From Xanthobacteraceae bacterium (GTDB lineage Bacteria; Pseudomonadota; Alphaproteobacteria; Rhizobiales; Xanthobacteraceae): a DNA stretch of 64,000 bases. Shown here piece after piece: positions 1-9,424 of the stretch; position 1 is the stretch's first letter, and the number at the start of each line of letters is the position of its first letter. The stretch lies in NCBI GenBank assembly GCA_030037895.1, contig JASHPW010000075.1, positions 5,899 to 69,898 on the forward strand, in the 5' to 3' direction. The position numbers and the translations under genes are program-made. A model generated the notes under the pieces. That model worked only from the letters and a program-made list of their open reading frames with translations. It was not told the origin of the DNA and did not search any database.

Positions 1-383
1 TGATGCACGATGCCGAGCGTATCGAGCGTCGGCCGCAGGGTGCGCGCCACCAGCGCCTGGCCGACGTTAAATTCGCCCATTACGCCGCGTTCCGAGACGA
101 TCAGGATCGCCGGAATCTGATAGGGCACGACCAGCGTGGCCAGCGCATTGGCGATGAGCGCGAAGCCCGAAGTCTGCATCATGACGACGCCGCGTAGGCC
201 CGCCATATAGGCGCCGGTCACGATGCCGACGGCTTCGTCCTCGCGCGTCGCGCCGACCGAGATGAAATGGTCGTCCGTTGCGGCGCCGCTGACGAGCGGC
301 GCGAGGATATTGTCGGGCACGTAGGCGACGAGGCGGAGGCCGTTCTCCTTCAGGGTCGCCAGGACGATGTCGGACCAGGTCAT
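1..383 (-). CDS. TPP-dependent decarboxylase, N-terminal TPP-binding module (sulfopyruvate/phosphonopyruvate decarboxylase-like); the 3' end runs off the window
   Basis: My own translation of the minus strand from ATG at 383-381 reads MTWSDIVLATLKENGLRLVAYVPDNILAPLVSGAATDDHFISVGATREDEAVGIVTGAYMAGLRGVVMMQTSGFALIANALATLVVPYQIPAILIVSERG... and stays open to position 1. It is absent from the ORF track because it has no stop in the window. The family call rests on remembered similarity. Confidence 0.5.
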   Translation of the reverse strand, partial: MTWSDIVLATLKENGLRLVAYVPDNILAPLVSGAATDDHFISVGATREDEAVGIVTGAYMAGLRGVVMMQTSGFALIANALATLVVPYQIPAILIVSERGVMGEFNVGQALVARTLRPTLDTLGIVH

Positions 384-652
384 GCGGTTCCCCCGAGCCG
401 GTTCGCTTGGCGACGCCTGAAATCTGGCCCGCAACGGTTCGGTCCGCTATATCGGCCGGTGCCGGCACAGCCGGCAACAAAAAAGTGGCGGCCGTCGCGG
501 CGAATGGCGACCGGGAGCGAGCTTGACCGGCTTGGAAAATTCTTGTCATTCCTGCACGGCATTTCAGCTTCTCGTTGCCCGGCCGGAAACAACGGAATGA
601 CCGACACCTCGATGTTGACGGCGGCGGACAACGGCGACCGGTTTGGGCAGCG

Positions 653-1333
653 ATGACAACCGCCACGCCGCCGCAGCTCGGCCCATGGGAGGCGGACAGC
701 GGTCTCTGGTGCGAGATCTCCGCCGCGGATTTTGCACGGCGACCGGCGCTGTTTCTCGACCGCGACGGCGTCATCGTCGAGGACACGCGCTATCTCGGTC
801 GGGCCGAAAACTTGCGCCTCCTTGCCGGCGCGGACGGGGCCATCGCGCGTTGCAACCGCCTGGGAATTCCCGTCGTTCTCGTGACCAATCAGTCGGGAAT
901 CGCGCGGCGCTATTACGACTGGCACGGCTTCCAAGCGGTGCAGGCCGCGCTCGCGGCTGCCTTGGCGAAAGCCGAAGCGCACCTCGATGCCGTGTTTGCC
1001 TGCGCCCATCACCGCGACGGATATGCGCCGTTCAATATCGCCGATCATCCCTGGCGCAAGCCGAATCCGGGGATGCTTCTCACCGCCGCAAGCCGGATGA
1101 ATCTCGACCTTTCGCGCTCCTGGATCGTCGGCGACCGTGCGCCCGATCTCGCGACTGGGCGCAATGCGCGGCTCGCCGGCGGCATTCTGATTTCGACGGG
1201 CACGATCGGTGCGGACGGCGATGCCGCAAAAGCGCTGGGCACGGACGGCTTCGTCGTCGAACTATCCGCCTCACTCGCCGAGGCGGTGTCGATGCTGATT
1301 TCGCGCGGCCGGCTCGGCGCCCAGGCGCATTAG
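653..1333 (+). CDS. gmhB: HAD-IIIA phosphatase, D,D-heptose 1,7-bisphosphate phosphatase (GmhB)-like
   Basis: HAD motifs are present: FLDRDGVI (DxDG), VTNQSG, RKPNPGM and GDRAPD. The ATG at 653 inside ORF 575..1333 is preferred because it sits just upstream of the conserved core. Confidence 0.6.
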   Translation: MTTATPPQLGPWEADSGLWCEISAADFARRPALFLDRDGVIVEDTRYLGRAENLRLLAGADGAIARCNRLGIPVVLVTNQSGIARRYYDWHGFQAVQAALAAALAKAEAHLDAVFACAHHRDGYAPFNIADHPWRKPNPGMLLTAASRMNLDLSRSWIVGDRAPDLATGRNARLAGGILISTGTIGADGDAAKALGTDGFVVELSASLAEAVSMLISRGRLGAQAH

Positions 1334-1449
1334 CTGCGCCAGACCGCGAATGGCGACGGGGGTGGCGCCGCGGTTCAAAGCCCGGTATGGAAATGAGGAC
1401 ATTCCGGGGGATGTTCCGGTAATACGGTTCCAGTAAGCTCGGACTGAAT

Positions 1450-3345
1450 ATGAGCCCGCGCAAAGTTCTCATCATCGCGCATGATCTCTGCGCGACCGCG
1501 GCGGCGGTTGTCGCGAGCTTCTATATCCGTTTCGAGGCGATCGGCCTCATGGAACGGCGCGAGGCACTGTTTACGTTCCTGCCCGGATTCATCGTCTATG
1601 CGGGGATCGTTTATTTCCTGTTTCACCTTTACGAATCGAAGTGGCGGTTTGCCTCGCTTCCCGACCTGATGAACATCTTTCGCGCGGCGACCGTGCTCGC
1701 CGTGTCGCTGTTGGTGCTCGATTACGTGCTGGTGGCGCCCAACGTGCTCGGGCAGTTCTTCTTCGGCAAAATCACGATCGTGCTCTATTGGATCCTGCAG
1801 ATGGTGTTTCTTGGCGGGTCGCGGATCGCGTATCGCTACTTCCGCTATACCCGCACCCGACACCACGCCCGGTTGGCGGAGGCTATTCCGACGCTGATCC
1901 TCGGGCGTGCCGCGGACGCCGAGGTCCTGTTGCGGGCGATCGAAAGCGGGGCGGTCAAGAAAATCTGGCCGGTCGGCATTCTCTCTCCGTCGAAGGCCGA
2001 TCAGGGGCAGGCGATCCGCGGCATTCACGTGCTCGGCGGCTTCGATAGCCTCGATCGCGTCGTCAATGACCTTGAGCAACACGGCAGCAAGATCGCGCGC
2101 GTGATCTTCACGCCGTCCGCCTTCGAACCGGAGGCCAAGCCGGAAGCGACCTTGATGCAGGCGCGCCGTCTCGGTCTGACGGTCAGTCGGCTGCCGTCGC
2201 TCGGCGACGGCGGGGAGGTGCCGCGGCTGGCGCCGGTCAACGTCGAGGACCTGCTGCTGCGGCCGAGCGTCAAGATCGACTATGCCCGGCTGGAAACGTT
2301 TCTCAAGGGCCGATCGATTGCGGTGACCGGAGGCGGCGGCTCGATCGGCTCGGAGATTTGCGATCGCGTGAGCGCGTTCGGCGCGGCGAGGTTGTTGATC
2401 ATCGAAAATTCCGAGCCGGCGCTGCATGCCGTGCTCGAAACTCTCGCCACCAAGGAGTCGAAGCCCGCCATCAGCGGACGCATAGCCGACATTCGCGATC
2501 GCCAGCGGCTGTTCCGGCTCATGGCCGATTTCAAGCCGGACATCGTCTTTCACGCCGCGGCGCTCAAGCACGTGCCGCTGCTCGAGCGGGATTGGGAGGA
2601 GGGGGTCAAGACCAACGTCTTTGGTTCGGTCAACGTCGCCGACGCCGCGGCGGCGGCGGGCGCCGCGGCGATGGTGATGATCTCGACCGACAAGGCCATC
2701 GAACCGGTCTCGGTTCTCGGTGCGACCAAGCGCTTCGCCGAGATGTATTGCCAGTCGCTCGACGCCGATCTCGCGCGCCGCGCCCATCCGGGACGGCGGC
2801 CGATGCGGCTCATCGCCGTGCGGTTCGGCAACGTGCTTGCGTCCACCGGCTCGGTGGTTCCGAAATTCAAGGCGCAGATCGATGCCGGCGGCCCGGTGAC
2901 CGTCACCGATCCCGACATGGTCCGCTATTTCATGACCATCCGCGAGGCCTGCGACCTCGTGGTCACGGCCGCGAGCCACGCGCTTGGACCGGGGCGTTCG
3001 GACGTCTCGGTCTATGTGCTCAATATGGGGCAGCCGGTGAAGATCGTCGATCTCGCCGAGCGCATGATCAGATTAGCCGGCCTCGAGCCGGGCCGCGACA
3101 TCGATATCGTGTTCACCGGCGTGCGCCCCGGCGAGCGCCGGCGGGAAGTTCTTTTCGCCCGCGGCGAGCCGACAGTGGAAATCGGCATCGTCGGGGTGGT
3201 CGCGGCCCGCCCGGTGCAGCCGTCGATCGAAGCCATGCGCGGCTGGCTCGCCATGCTCGATCAGGGGCTCGCGCGCGAGGAGCGCGAAGCGATCTACCGC
3301 GTGCTGCGCGACGCCGTGCCCGATTTCCAGGGCGTCGCCGCTTGA
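1450..3345 (+). CDS. Membrane-anchored polysaccharide biosynthesis protein, CapD/PglF/WbpM-type UDP-HexNAc 4,6-dehydratase
   Basis: 631 aa. Hydrophobic N-terminal segments are followed by an SDR Rossmann motif VTGGGGSIGSE, then HAAALKHVPLLE and ISTDKA, the typical CapD-family layout. Confidence 0.85.
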   Translation: MSPRKVLIIAHDLCATAAAVVASFYIRFEAIGLMERREALFTFLPGFIVYAGIVYFLFHLYESKWRFASLPDLMNIFRAATVLAVSLLVLDYVLVAPNVLGQFFFGKITIVLYWILQMVFLGGSRIAYRYFRYTRTRHHARLAEAIPTLILGRAADAEVLLRAIESGAVKKIWPVGILSPSKADQGQAIRGIHVLGGFDSLDRVVNDLEQHGSKIARVIFTPSAFEPEAKPEATLMQARRLGLTVSRLPSLGDGGEVPRLAPVNVEDLLLRPSVKIDYARLETFLKGRSIAVTGGGGSIGSEICDRVSAFGAARLLIIENSEPALHAVLETLATKESKPAISGRIADIRDRQRLFRLMADFKPDIVFHAAALKHVPLLERDWEEGVKTNVFGSVNVADAAAAAGAAAMVMISTDKAIEPVSVLGATKRFAEMYCQSLDADLARRAHPGRRPMRLIAVRFGNVLASTGSVVPKFKAQIDAGGPVTVTDPDMVRYFMTIREACDLVVTAASHALGPGRSDVSVYVLNMGQPVKIVDLAERMIRLAGLEPGRDIDIVFTGVRPGERRREVLFARGEPTVEIGIVGVVAARPVQPSIEAMRGWLAMLDQGLAREEREAIYRVLRDAVPDFQGVAA

Positions 3346-3523
3346 CCCGGTGATGCGGCTTTTCCCACCCGATTGATCCTGGTCTCGAATCGGTCAGGTC
3401 CCCGATAACTTTCGATCGCGCCTTCATCGAGGGGCGTCCGCCAACGCGTTCGATCCACTTACCAATACGCGCGCATATCTCGGCGGGATCGAGGGGCGCA
3501 GCGCTTCATTACGTCGCGCTCGC

Positions 3524-4570
3524 TCATCCGTGTAATCGCTCCTGTTTGCTGACCGGTTGAGGATGTAATGGGTGAAGTCGCAGGTAGAAGTTGTTCAAGA
3601 TGAGCGCCGTACCAGTTATGCAGGCACCCACAATTTGAAGGTGGGTCGGGACTACGCCAGCAACCGAGGATACGATAAATGCTGTGATCGGAACGACATC
3701 CATGAACAATACGCCATTTAGCGGCGTGATGATCTTGTTACCGATGTTCCAACAGGAAACTCCCATGACGCTGGCCACCAAGCTCATGTAAAGGAGGTGC
3801 GGGACGATCGCGACAATATGGACGGTCGTCGGCATGGGGATAGCGTGCGTCGCGATAAGCACCAGATTGATCGCGATAATGGTTGTTAGTCCGAGCCACA
3901 TCGTCATCGTTGTGTATTTCAGGCTTGACCAGCCCGCGAAATACGTCGCGCCGAACGTATAGATCAGCCAGCACAGCATCCCCAGTATGATAAGCGAATT
4001 GGCGGCATAGTTCTGCGGCTCGCGCAACAAACTTCCAAGATCTCCTTTGGTAACGACCAAAGCCACGCCGCAAAACGACAGCAAGACAAATAGGCCAGTG
4101 TAACGTGGCGGCAAGACGCGTCTTAAGATCGAATTGATGAGAACGCCCAGCATCGGCTGGGTGGCGGCCATAATCGAGGTGGTCAATGCGCCCTCTCGTC
4201 CGGCGATTTGCTGGCCGAGAAAAACGAGAAAGCCGAATCCTGCAAAGCCGATCGAGCCAAGGAGCCACGCAAGGCCCAACGATCCCTCTTGCGGATGCAG
4301 GGCGCCCGGTCCCTCGATAAAGCGCAGCAGGGCAATCGAGCCCGCACAAGCAATCACATAGCGTAAAGACGTGAAAGTAAATGGATCGACCTGCGTGAGG
4401 GCGCTTGTCATTACCGGAAACATGAGACCAAACAGGATGGTCGCGGTCAAACAGCAAACGACGCCGGTGAGATAACTTTTGGGCGCGAGCGTGTTAGGCC
4501 AAAGATGCCGGCCCTCGCTCGTGACCGACCAAATTGATTGCCGTTGCATCGACTGGTTCTCGTCCGTCAT
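3524..4570 (-). CDS. EamA/DMT-family membrane transporter
   Basis: 348 aa and almost entirely hydrophobic, with roughly 10 predicted helices in two halves. It lies divergent from an AraC/GlxA regulator. It looks more AT-rich by eye than its neighbours. Confidence 0.65.
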   Translation of the reverse strand: MTDENQSMQRQSIWSVTSEGRHLWPNTLAPKSYLTGVVCCLTATILFGLMFPVMTSALTQVDPFTFTSLRYVIACAGSIALLRFIEGPGALHPQEGSLGLAWLLGSIGFAGFGFLVFLGQQIAGREGALTTSIMAATQPMLGVLINSILRRVLPPRYTGLFVLLSFCGVALVVTKGDLGSLLREPQNYAANSLIILGMLCWLIYTFGATYFAGWSSLKYTTMTMWLGLTTIIAINLVLIATHAIPMPTTVHIVAIVPHLLYMSLVASVMGVSCWNIGNKIITPLNGVLFMDVVPITAFIVSSVAGVVPTHLQIVGACITGTALILNNFYLRLHPLHPQPVSKQERLHG

Positions 4571-4718
4571 TTACCGGGAAGCATCTCGAAAACGTTGCGG
4601 CCTTTTCCCGCCTGAACGTGGGCGGAAGAAGCGGAATTGACCAGTGGCATGAATGACAGTTATCATAAAAATCGTGACAAACGACGTCGACCGACAACGG
4701 CTGAGACGACCGCGCAAC

Positions 4719-5654
4719 ATGACGGTTGCGGTCCTTGCTTATAATGGCGTCAACGCATTCGAACTCGGCATGGCCGTCGAGGTGTTTGGTCTGCCGAATA
4801 TGGGTCGAGACTGGTACCGCGTCGTCGTCTGCTCGGATGCGCCAAGGAAGCAGCGGGCTGCCAGCCACGGCATCAAAATCGTCGCTGACGCCGGATTGTC
4901 GTTTCTTGACCGTGCGGGAACGATCATCGTTCCGGGCTGGCAGGACATTGATGCAGCGCCGCCGGTTGCGCTTCTCGCTGCGCTTCGACGCGCGCACGCA
5001 CGCGGCGCCCGTATTGCATCGATCTGTTCCGGCATCTTTGTAGTGGCGGCCGCCGGACTGCTCGTCGGTCGGCACGTCGCCGTCCACTGGGCCAGCGCGG
5101 AAGCGCTTGCGCGCAAATATCCTTTGTTGCGCGTAGATGAAAACGTTTTGTACGTAGACGACGGAGACATCATGAGTTCGGCGGGACGGGCTGCCGGGCT
5201 TGATCTATGCATCCACATTGTCCGGCGCGATTTCGGACCAGAAATTGCCAATGTTGTGGCCCGCCGCTTGGTGATTCCGTCGCACCGTGAGGGCGGACAG
5301 GCACAATTCATTCCACGTCCGGTGTTGGCCGAAGGCGATTCGCTCGGTAAATTGCGAGATTGGATTCGGGGCCATCTCGAAGAAAAACTGACCATCGCAC
5401 ACTTGGCCGCGAAATCTCGGATGAGTCGACGGACATTTATTCGGCGCTTCGAGGAGGCAACTGGAGTTTCGCCGGGCAAATGGGTTCTGCGTGAGCGCAC
5501 CGCACAGGCGCGTAACCTGTTGGAGGCGACAGCTATGTCAATCGAGCAGGTGGCTGTGGCAGTCGGCTTCGGATCGGCGGACGCATTGCGCCACCACTTC
5601 CGCACGCGGTTTAAAACCAGTCCGTTGCGGTACCGGTTGGGATTTCGCGCATAG
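4719..5654 (+). CDS. GlxA-type transcriptional regulator (DJ-1/PfpI-like domain + AraC HTH)
   Basis: The N-terminus reads MTVAVLAYNGVNAFELGMAVEVFG...ICSGIFVVAAAGLL (class I glutamine amidotransferase-like fold). The C-terminus carries an AraC HTH, SRRTFIRRFEEATGVSPGKWVLRERTAQARNLLE...FGSADALRHHFRTRFKTSP. The start is set at the ATG at 4719. Confidence 0.8.
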   Translation: MTVAVLAYNGVNAFELGMAVEVFGLPNMGRDWYRVVVCSDAPRKQRAASHGIKIVADAGLSFLDRAGTIIVPGWQDIDAAPPVALLAALRRAHARGARIASICSGIFVVAAAGLLVGRHVAVHWASAEALARKYPLLRVDENVLYVDDGDIMSSAGRAAGLDLCIHIVRRDFGPEIANVVARRLVIPSHREGGQAQFIPRPVLAEGDSLGKLRDWIRGHLEEKLTIAHLAAKSRMSRRTFIRRFEEATGVSPGKWVLRERTAQARNLLEATAMSIEQVAVAVGFGSADALRHHFRTRFKTSPLRYRLGFRA

Positions 5655-5981
5655 CTATTACCTCATTCGCCGACAAGACTGCAGTCCGATAATTTGGCAT
5701 CCAAGCCGCAGCGCTTCGAAAAATCCAATCCGTCCGCGTATGGTGCAACCATCGATATCGTCGTCGGGAGAGCATAAACAGGAGGTAGAGGGCCGCTCGG
5801 CGTTGAATCTTAATCCGGAAGAAATAATTCCGGATCATTGTGAAGCGGCGTGTCTGGACCCCGCGATCGTGTGTGCGCGCCTGGTCGAGACACCGGCTCG
5901 GCAAGCCAAAAGGAAACGAGTGGAAGGCCCGAGAGGGTCCGTCGAGCCGTACCGTAAAAACAACTTGCGGTAAAAATCGCC

Positions 5982-7052
5982 GTGGACGCCACCTTGGATC
6001 AAATCTCCATTATCTCGGATTCGCAATGCCGCGCCGAAGACATTGCCCGCCATTTGGCCGGCATGTTCGTGACGCAATCGTTTGCGCGCCGCAATCTTGC
6101 GCAGGCGAAACCTGCAAAATACACGATTGTCGATATCGATCTGGAGGACAGCTCCGATTTTCCCGATCTCAGGCGGTGGCTCGAACTGCGGCCGAAAGCC
6201 GGAACGGCGATCTTCGCGGTCGAACCTGGAGTTCGGCGTCAGGTCTTGCAAGCTTACGCGCTCGGGGCCACGGATTTCGTGGAACGCCCGCTCAATAATC
6301 AGGCGCTGCTCACGGCGCTGTTCGGCGATATCGGCTCCTTGGCCGGCGACCCTTCGGCGCGTTCGGTTGGAAACTCTGACGGCGTCTCGGCGGGGATTGG
6401 CGCCCTGCAAAATATATTTACCTCGGTTACCTCAGGCACTGCAGTCGATCTGAAAACGATCCATGCCGCGGGCGACACCGTCGTCTCGCATATCGAAGCG
6501 GAAGGACTTGTGCGCTGGATCGATACCGTGCGTCAGCATCACAGCCAGACCTACCAGCATTGCCTCTTGGTCACCGGCGTGGGAGTGGCGTTCGGCCAAC
6601 ACCTCGGCTTTTGCAGCGGCGACCGGCAGAAATTGGCATTCGGGGGATTGCTGCATGATATCGGCAAGGCCGGGGTTCCCGTCGCTATCTTGGAAAAGCC
6701 CAGTGCCCTGACCGACGAAGAGATGGCCGTGATGAAGCAACATCCTCTCCTGGGATTCGAGGCGTTGCGCGCGATGCCGGGAATTCATCCGGACATGCTC
6801 GACGTGGTGCTTCACCATCATGAATATCTTGACGGATCGGGATATCCGCACGGGCTCGGAGCGAGTGAATTGTCCGACATCGTTCGCATGATGACGATCG
6901 CCGACGTGTTCGGGGCGCTGATCGAACGACGCGCCTATAAACCTCCTTTCTCCTGCGAAGCGGCCTATCAGGTGCTGGAGAACATGGGCTGCAAGCTCGA
7001 TACGGATCTTGTCCGTGAATTTCGACCGTTCGCGCGACTGCAGATCATGTGA
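5982..7052 (+). CDS. HD-GYP domain phosphodiesterase with an N-terminal receiver-like domain
   Basis: The HDIGKAGVP and HHHEYLDGSGYPHGL motifs are the HD and GYP signatures. The N-terminal ~120 aa has receiver-like periodicity (YTIVDIDLED...ALGATDFVERP). Confidence 0.85.
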   Translation: MDATLDQISIISDSQCRAEDIARHLAGMFVTQSFARRNLAQAKPAKYTIVDIDLEDSSDFPDLRRWLELRPKAGTAIFAVEPGVRRQVLQAYALGATDFVERPLNNQALLTALFGDIGSLAGDPSARSVGNSDGVSAGIGALQNIFTSVTSGTAVDLKTIHAAGDTVVSHIEAEGLVRWIDTVRQHHSQTYQHCLLVTGVGVAFGQHLGFCSGDRQKLAFGGLLHDIGKAGVPVAILEKPSALTDEEMAVMKQHPLLGFEALRAMPGIHPDMLDVVLHHHEYLDGSGYPHGLGASELSDIVRMMTIADVFGALIERRAYKPPFSCEAAYQVLENMGCKLDTDLVREFRPFARLQIM

Positions 7053-7085
7053 AGTTCGCAACGACCGATGCCGTTCCGTCTCGGC

Positions 7086-8144
7086 TTATTTCTTGCCGCG
7101 CGCGAAGGTGACGAGGAGCCAGGCCACCAGTGCGCCGCCGCCGGCGAGCGCGGCGATTTCGCCAAGCCTGCCGGGCACGATCACGGTCATAATCGCCAGC
7201 GCCGAGAGTCCGAGATTGGCGAGGAAAACCCGCGCAACTATTTCGGTTACGGAATAGCCGCCGTCAGTGGCGCGCTGATAGAAATGCGTGCGGTGAGCCT
7301 CCCAGACCGGCTTGCCGCGGCTCAGGCGCCATAAGAGCGTGATGGTGGCGTCGGCGAGGTAGTAAAGCGGCATCACGATCGCGGCCACGAGATGCCCGCC
7401 CGCCGCGACCAAGAGCAGGAGCCAACCCAGGAGCAGTCCGATCGGCAAGCTGCCAACGTCGCCGAGAAAGAGTTTGGCGACGGGACGGTTGAAATAGGCA
7501 AAGCCGAGTACCGCGCCGCCGAGCGCGAGTGCCACCGCAGTACCGTCAGGCGGCAACGCTTGAGCGATTCCGAGCACGGCCAGGCTCGCCGTCAACGGGA
7601 TCACCTCCGCCGCCGTCATCCAGTCGAGGCCGTCCATGAAATTGACCAGATTGACGAACCACAAGCCGCCCAGCACCAGCAGCGGCCGCTCCAGCCACAA
7701 CGGCAACGGCGGGAACACACGCAGGCTATCCGGCAGCGCATAAATGACGGCGGCGACGATGATCGCCTGCAGCAAGAAGCGCGGGCCGACGCGCAGCAGG
7801 CGGACGTCGGCGGTCACGCCGACGCCGGCCATCGCCGCCGCCGCCGCGATGATCGCGGCAAGCGGCGCGTCAAGTGAAGCACCGAACCATCGCAGGCCGA
7901 CTGCGACGCCGATTGCGGCCACCATGGCGGCAAGCACGATAATTCCGCCGCCCTGCGGAGTCGGCGTGCGGTGCGAGGAACGGGCGTTTGGCTCCGCCAG
8001 CGAGTAGCGCTTGAACAGCGGGTAAAGAAGAACGATCGGCACCGCGCTGGCAACGGCCGCAGCGATCACTGTAACGGCGCCGACAATGGCCGAGACGCCC
8101 CCAATGTCCTTCATAGCGTGAACCCGTCGCCCCATCATCCGCAA
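7086..8144 (-). CDS. Polyprenyl-phosphate HexNAc-1-phosphate transferase (WecA/WbpL/MraY family), likely the initiating transferase
   Basis: 352 aa polytopic membrane protein with NLVNFMDGLDWM and FLGDVGSLPIGLLLG motifs typical of the MraY/WecA family. The start is uncertain (ATG at 8144 or 8114). Confidence 0.8.
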   Translation of the reverse strand: MRMMGRRVHAMKDIGGVSAIVGAVTVIAAAVASAVPIVLLYPLFKRYSLAEPNARSSHRTPTPQGGGIIVLAAMVAAIGVAVGLRWFGASLDAPLAAIIAAAAAMAGVGVTADVRLLRVGPRFLLQAIIVAAVIYALPDSLRVFPPLPLWLERPLLVLGGLWFVNLVNFMDGLDWMTAAEVIPLTASLAVLGIAQALPPDGTAVALALGGAVLGFAYFNRPVAKLFLGDVGSLPIGLLLGWLLLLVAAGGHLVAAIVMPLYYLADATITLLWRLSRGKPVWEAHRTHFYQRATDGGYSVTEIVARVFLANLGLSALAIMTVIVPGRLGEIAALAGGGALVAWLLVTFARGKK

Positions 8145-8295
8145 ACATCAATGCGGCTGATCATCCTGCCTGCTAAAATCCGTCCAATCAGTCCAGTCGA
8201 TAATTGTCACGCTCATTGCCGCCACATTTTGTGTATATTAACATTTGTTGGGTGGTCATGGTGTGGCTTGTGGGAGGCCGATGCCAATGTTGGGC

Positions 8296-8856
8296 ATGAG
8301 GGGGATTGGATCGCACGCCCAGCTTGTCCGGCTGGGTGTTGTGCTTGCGGCAGGGCTGTCGACTGCCGCTTGCTTCCACCCGCTCTACGGCGATCAGCCA
8401 ATCTCCGCCAATGAGACGATGAGTGATAAATTTCACTCGATCGAAATTGCCGACATTCCGGCGGGGAAAGGCACGCGGGATGCTCGGCTCGCCGTCGCTT
8501 TGCGCAACGCGCTTCTGAGCGAGTTCATCGGCAATGGCAGCAGTCCGGTTGCTCCCACGTACCGGCTGGACGTAAAGGTCAACTCGGCTCTGCAAACCGT
8601 CATTGTCGACGTGCAGACCGGACTGGCTGACACCGAGGTCCAAACAGTGAATACCACATTTACTCTGACCGAGATCGCAACCAACAAGATCGTTCTCAAT
8701 GACAACGCCTTCGCCCGCGCGTCATATCAGAGTCCCAGTGCCGAGCAGCGGTTCGCGCGCGAGCGGGCGCGGCGCGATGCGGAAGATCGTGCCGTAGAGG
8801 TGGTGGCGCAAAACATAAGAAATAGGCTGGCGTCGTATTTTGTCGCCGGGACCTGA
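8296..8856 (+). CDS. lptE: LPS-assembly lipoprotein LptE-like
   Basis: The signal peptide and lipobox read MRGIGSHAQLVRLGVVLAAGLSTAAC. The size (~185 aa) fits, and the gene sits directly upstream of lptD. The family call rests on remembered similarity only. Confidence 0.5.
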   Translation: MRGIGSHAQLVRLGVVLAAGLSTAACFHPLYGDQPISANETMSDKFHSIEIADIPAGKGTRDARLAVALRNALLSEFIGNGSSPVAPTYRLDVKVNSALQTVIVDVQTGLADTEVQTVNTTFTLTEIATNKIVLNDNAFARASYQSPSAEQRFARERARRDAEDRAVEVVAQNIRNRLASYFVAGT

Positions 8857-9424
8857 GCTGCGGCCGAAATGCGTCGATGGTCGCTGCTGCTGACCTGCGC
8901 GGCGCCTTCAGGATCGCCATGGGGCAAGAACCGGAGCGCGTCTCTGGACGCAGACCCACAGGTGGCCTGAGCCAAGCTTTCGGGCGCAGACCGCAATGCG
9001 AGGCTTTCGCGCGCCAAGGTTAATGCTTTGGAACGAGGCTTTTGTTGCCGGGGCTGTCGACTGACGAAGATGGCTTGCCGCACCGCCATCCCGCACATTG
9101 CCGCCACGTCGCGGTCTTAACAATTTCTTACTTGTTTTCAATGACCTGCCTTGGCAAAGCCATTTTTGGGAGAGAAGGAACAGAGCATTGGGGGAACTAA
9201 CTTAGCCCGTCCTGTCGAACCGACCTTTGAGGCGCAAAAGGGAGAGCATGGGTTTGCTCGTCCTTCACCGAGCGCCGTGCCGCGCTGAGGAGTTGTAGCG
9301 AGCGAGCTGATGGTCGGTCCCAACTTTCGCCTGATGTGCCGAGGACTGCGGAAACAAGCGTCTGTCGCGCATGCTGGTAGCACGGTCTGAGTCTGTTGCT
9401 CAGTGGGGGCACAGTTTGCGGCAC

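Noticed and set aside
1375-2979. Long antisense or alternative-frame ORFs shadowing real genes. Examples: 1375..2979 (-), 16437..17351 (-), 24386..26578 (-), 30163..31596 (-), 31699..32736 (-), 34813..35775 (-), 35765..37015 (-), 38657..39796 (-), 42007..42939 (+), 44808..46436 (+), 47478..48623 (-), 49054..49992 (+), 50260..51378 (-), 52154..53140 (-).
   Set aside because: Their translations are Arg/Ala/Gly/Pro-rich and low in complexity, with no recognisable motifs. Each lies opposite or out of frame to an ORF with clear family signatures. This is the usual stop-codon-poor shadow ORF of high-GC DNA.
8857-9370. The 515-bp gap between the lptE-like gene and lptD, examined for a holA remnant, a small RNA or a small gene. 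Track ORFs there include 8696..8959, 8727..9107 and 9138..9383.
   Set aside because: None of the translations resembles the HolA N-terminus or any family I know. No convincing hairpin or terminator, or promoter plus RBS plus ORF combination, was seen. The gap is left unannotated.
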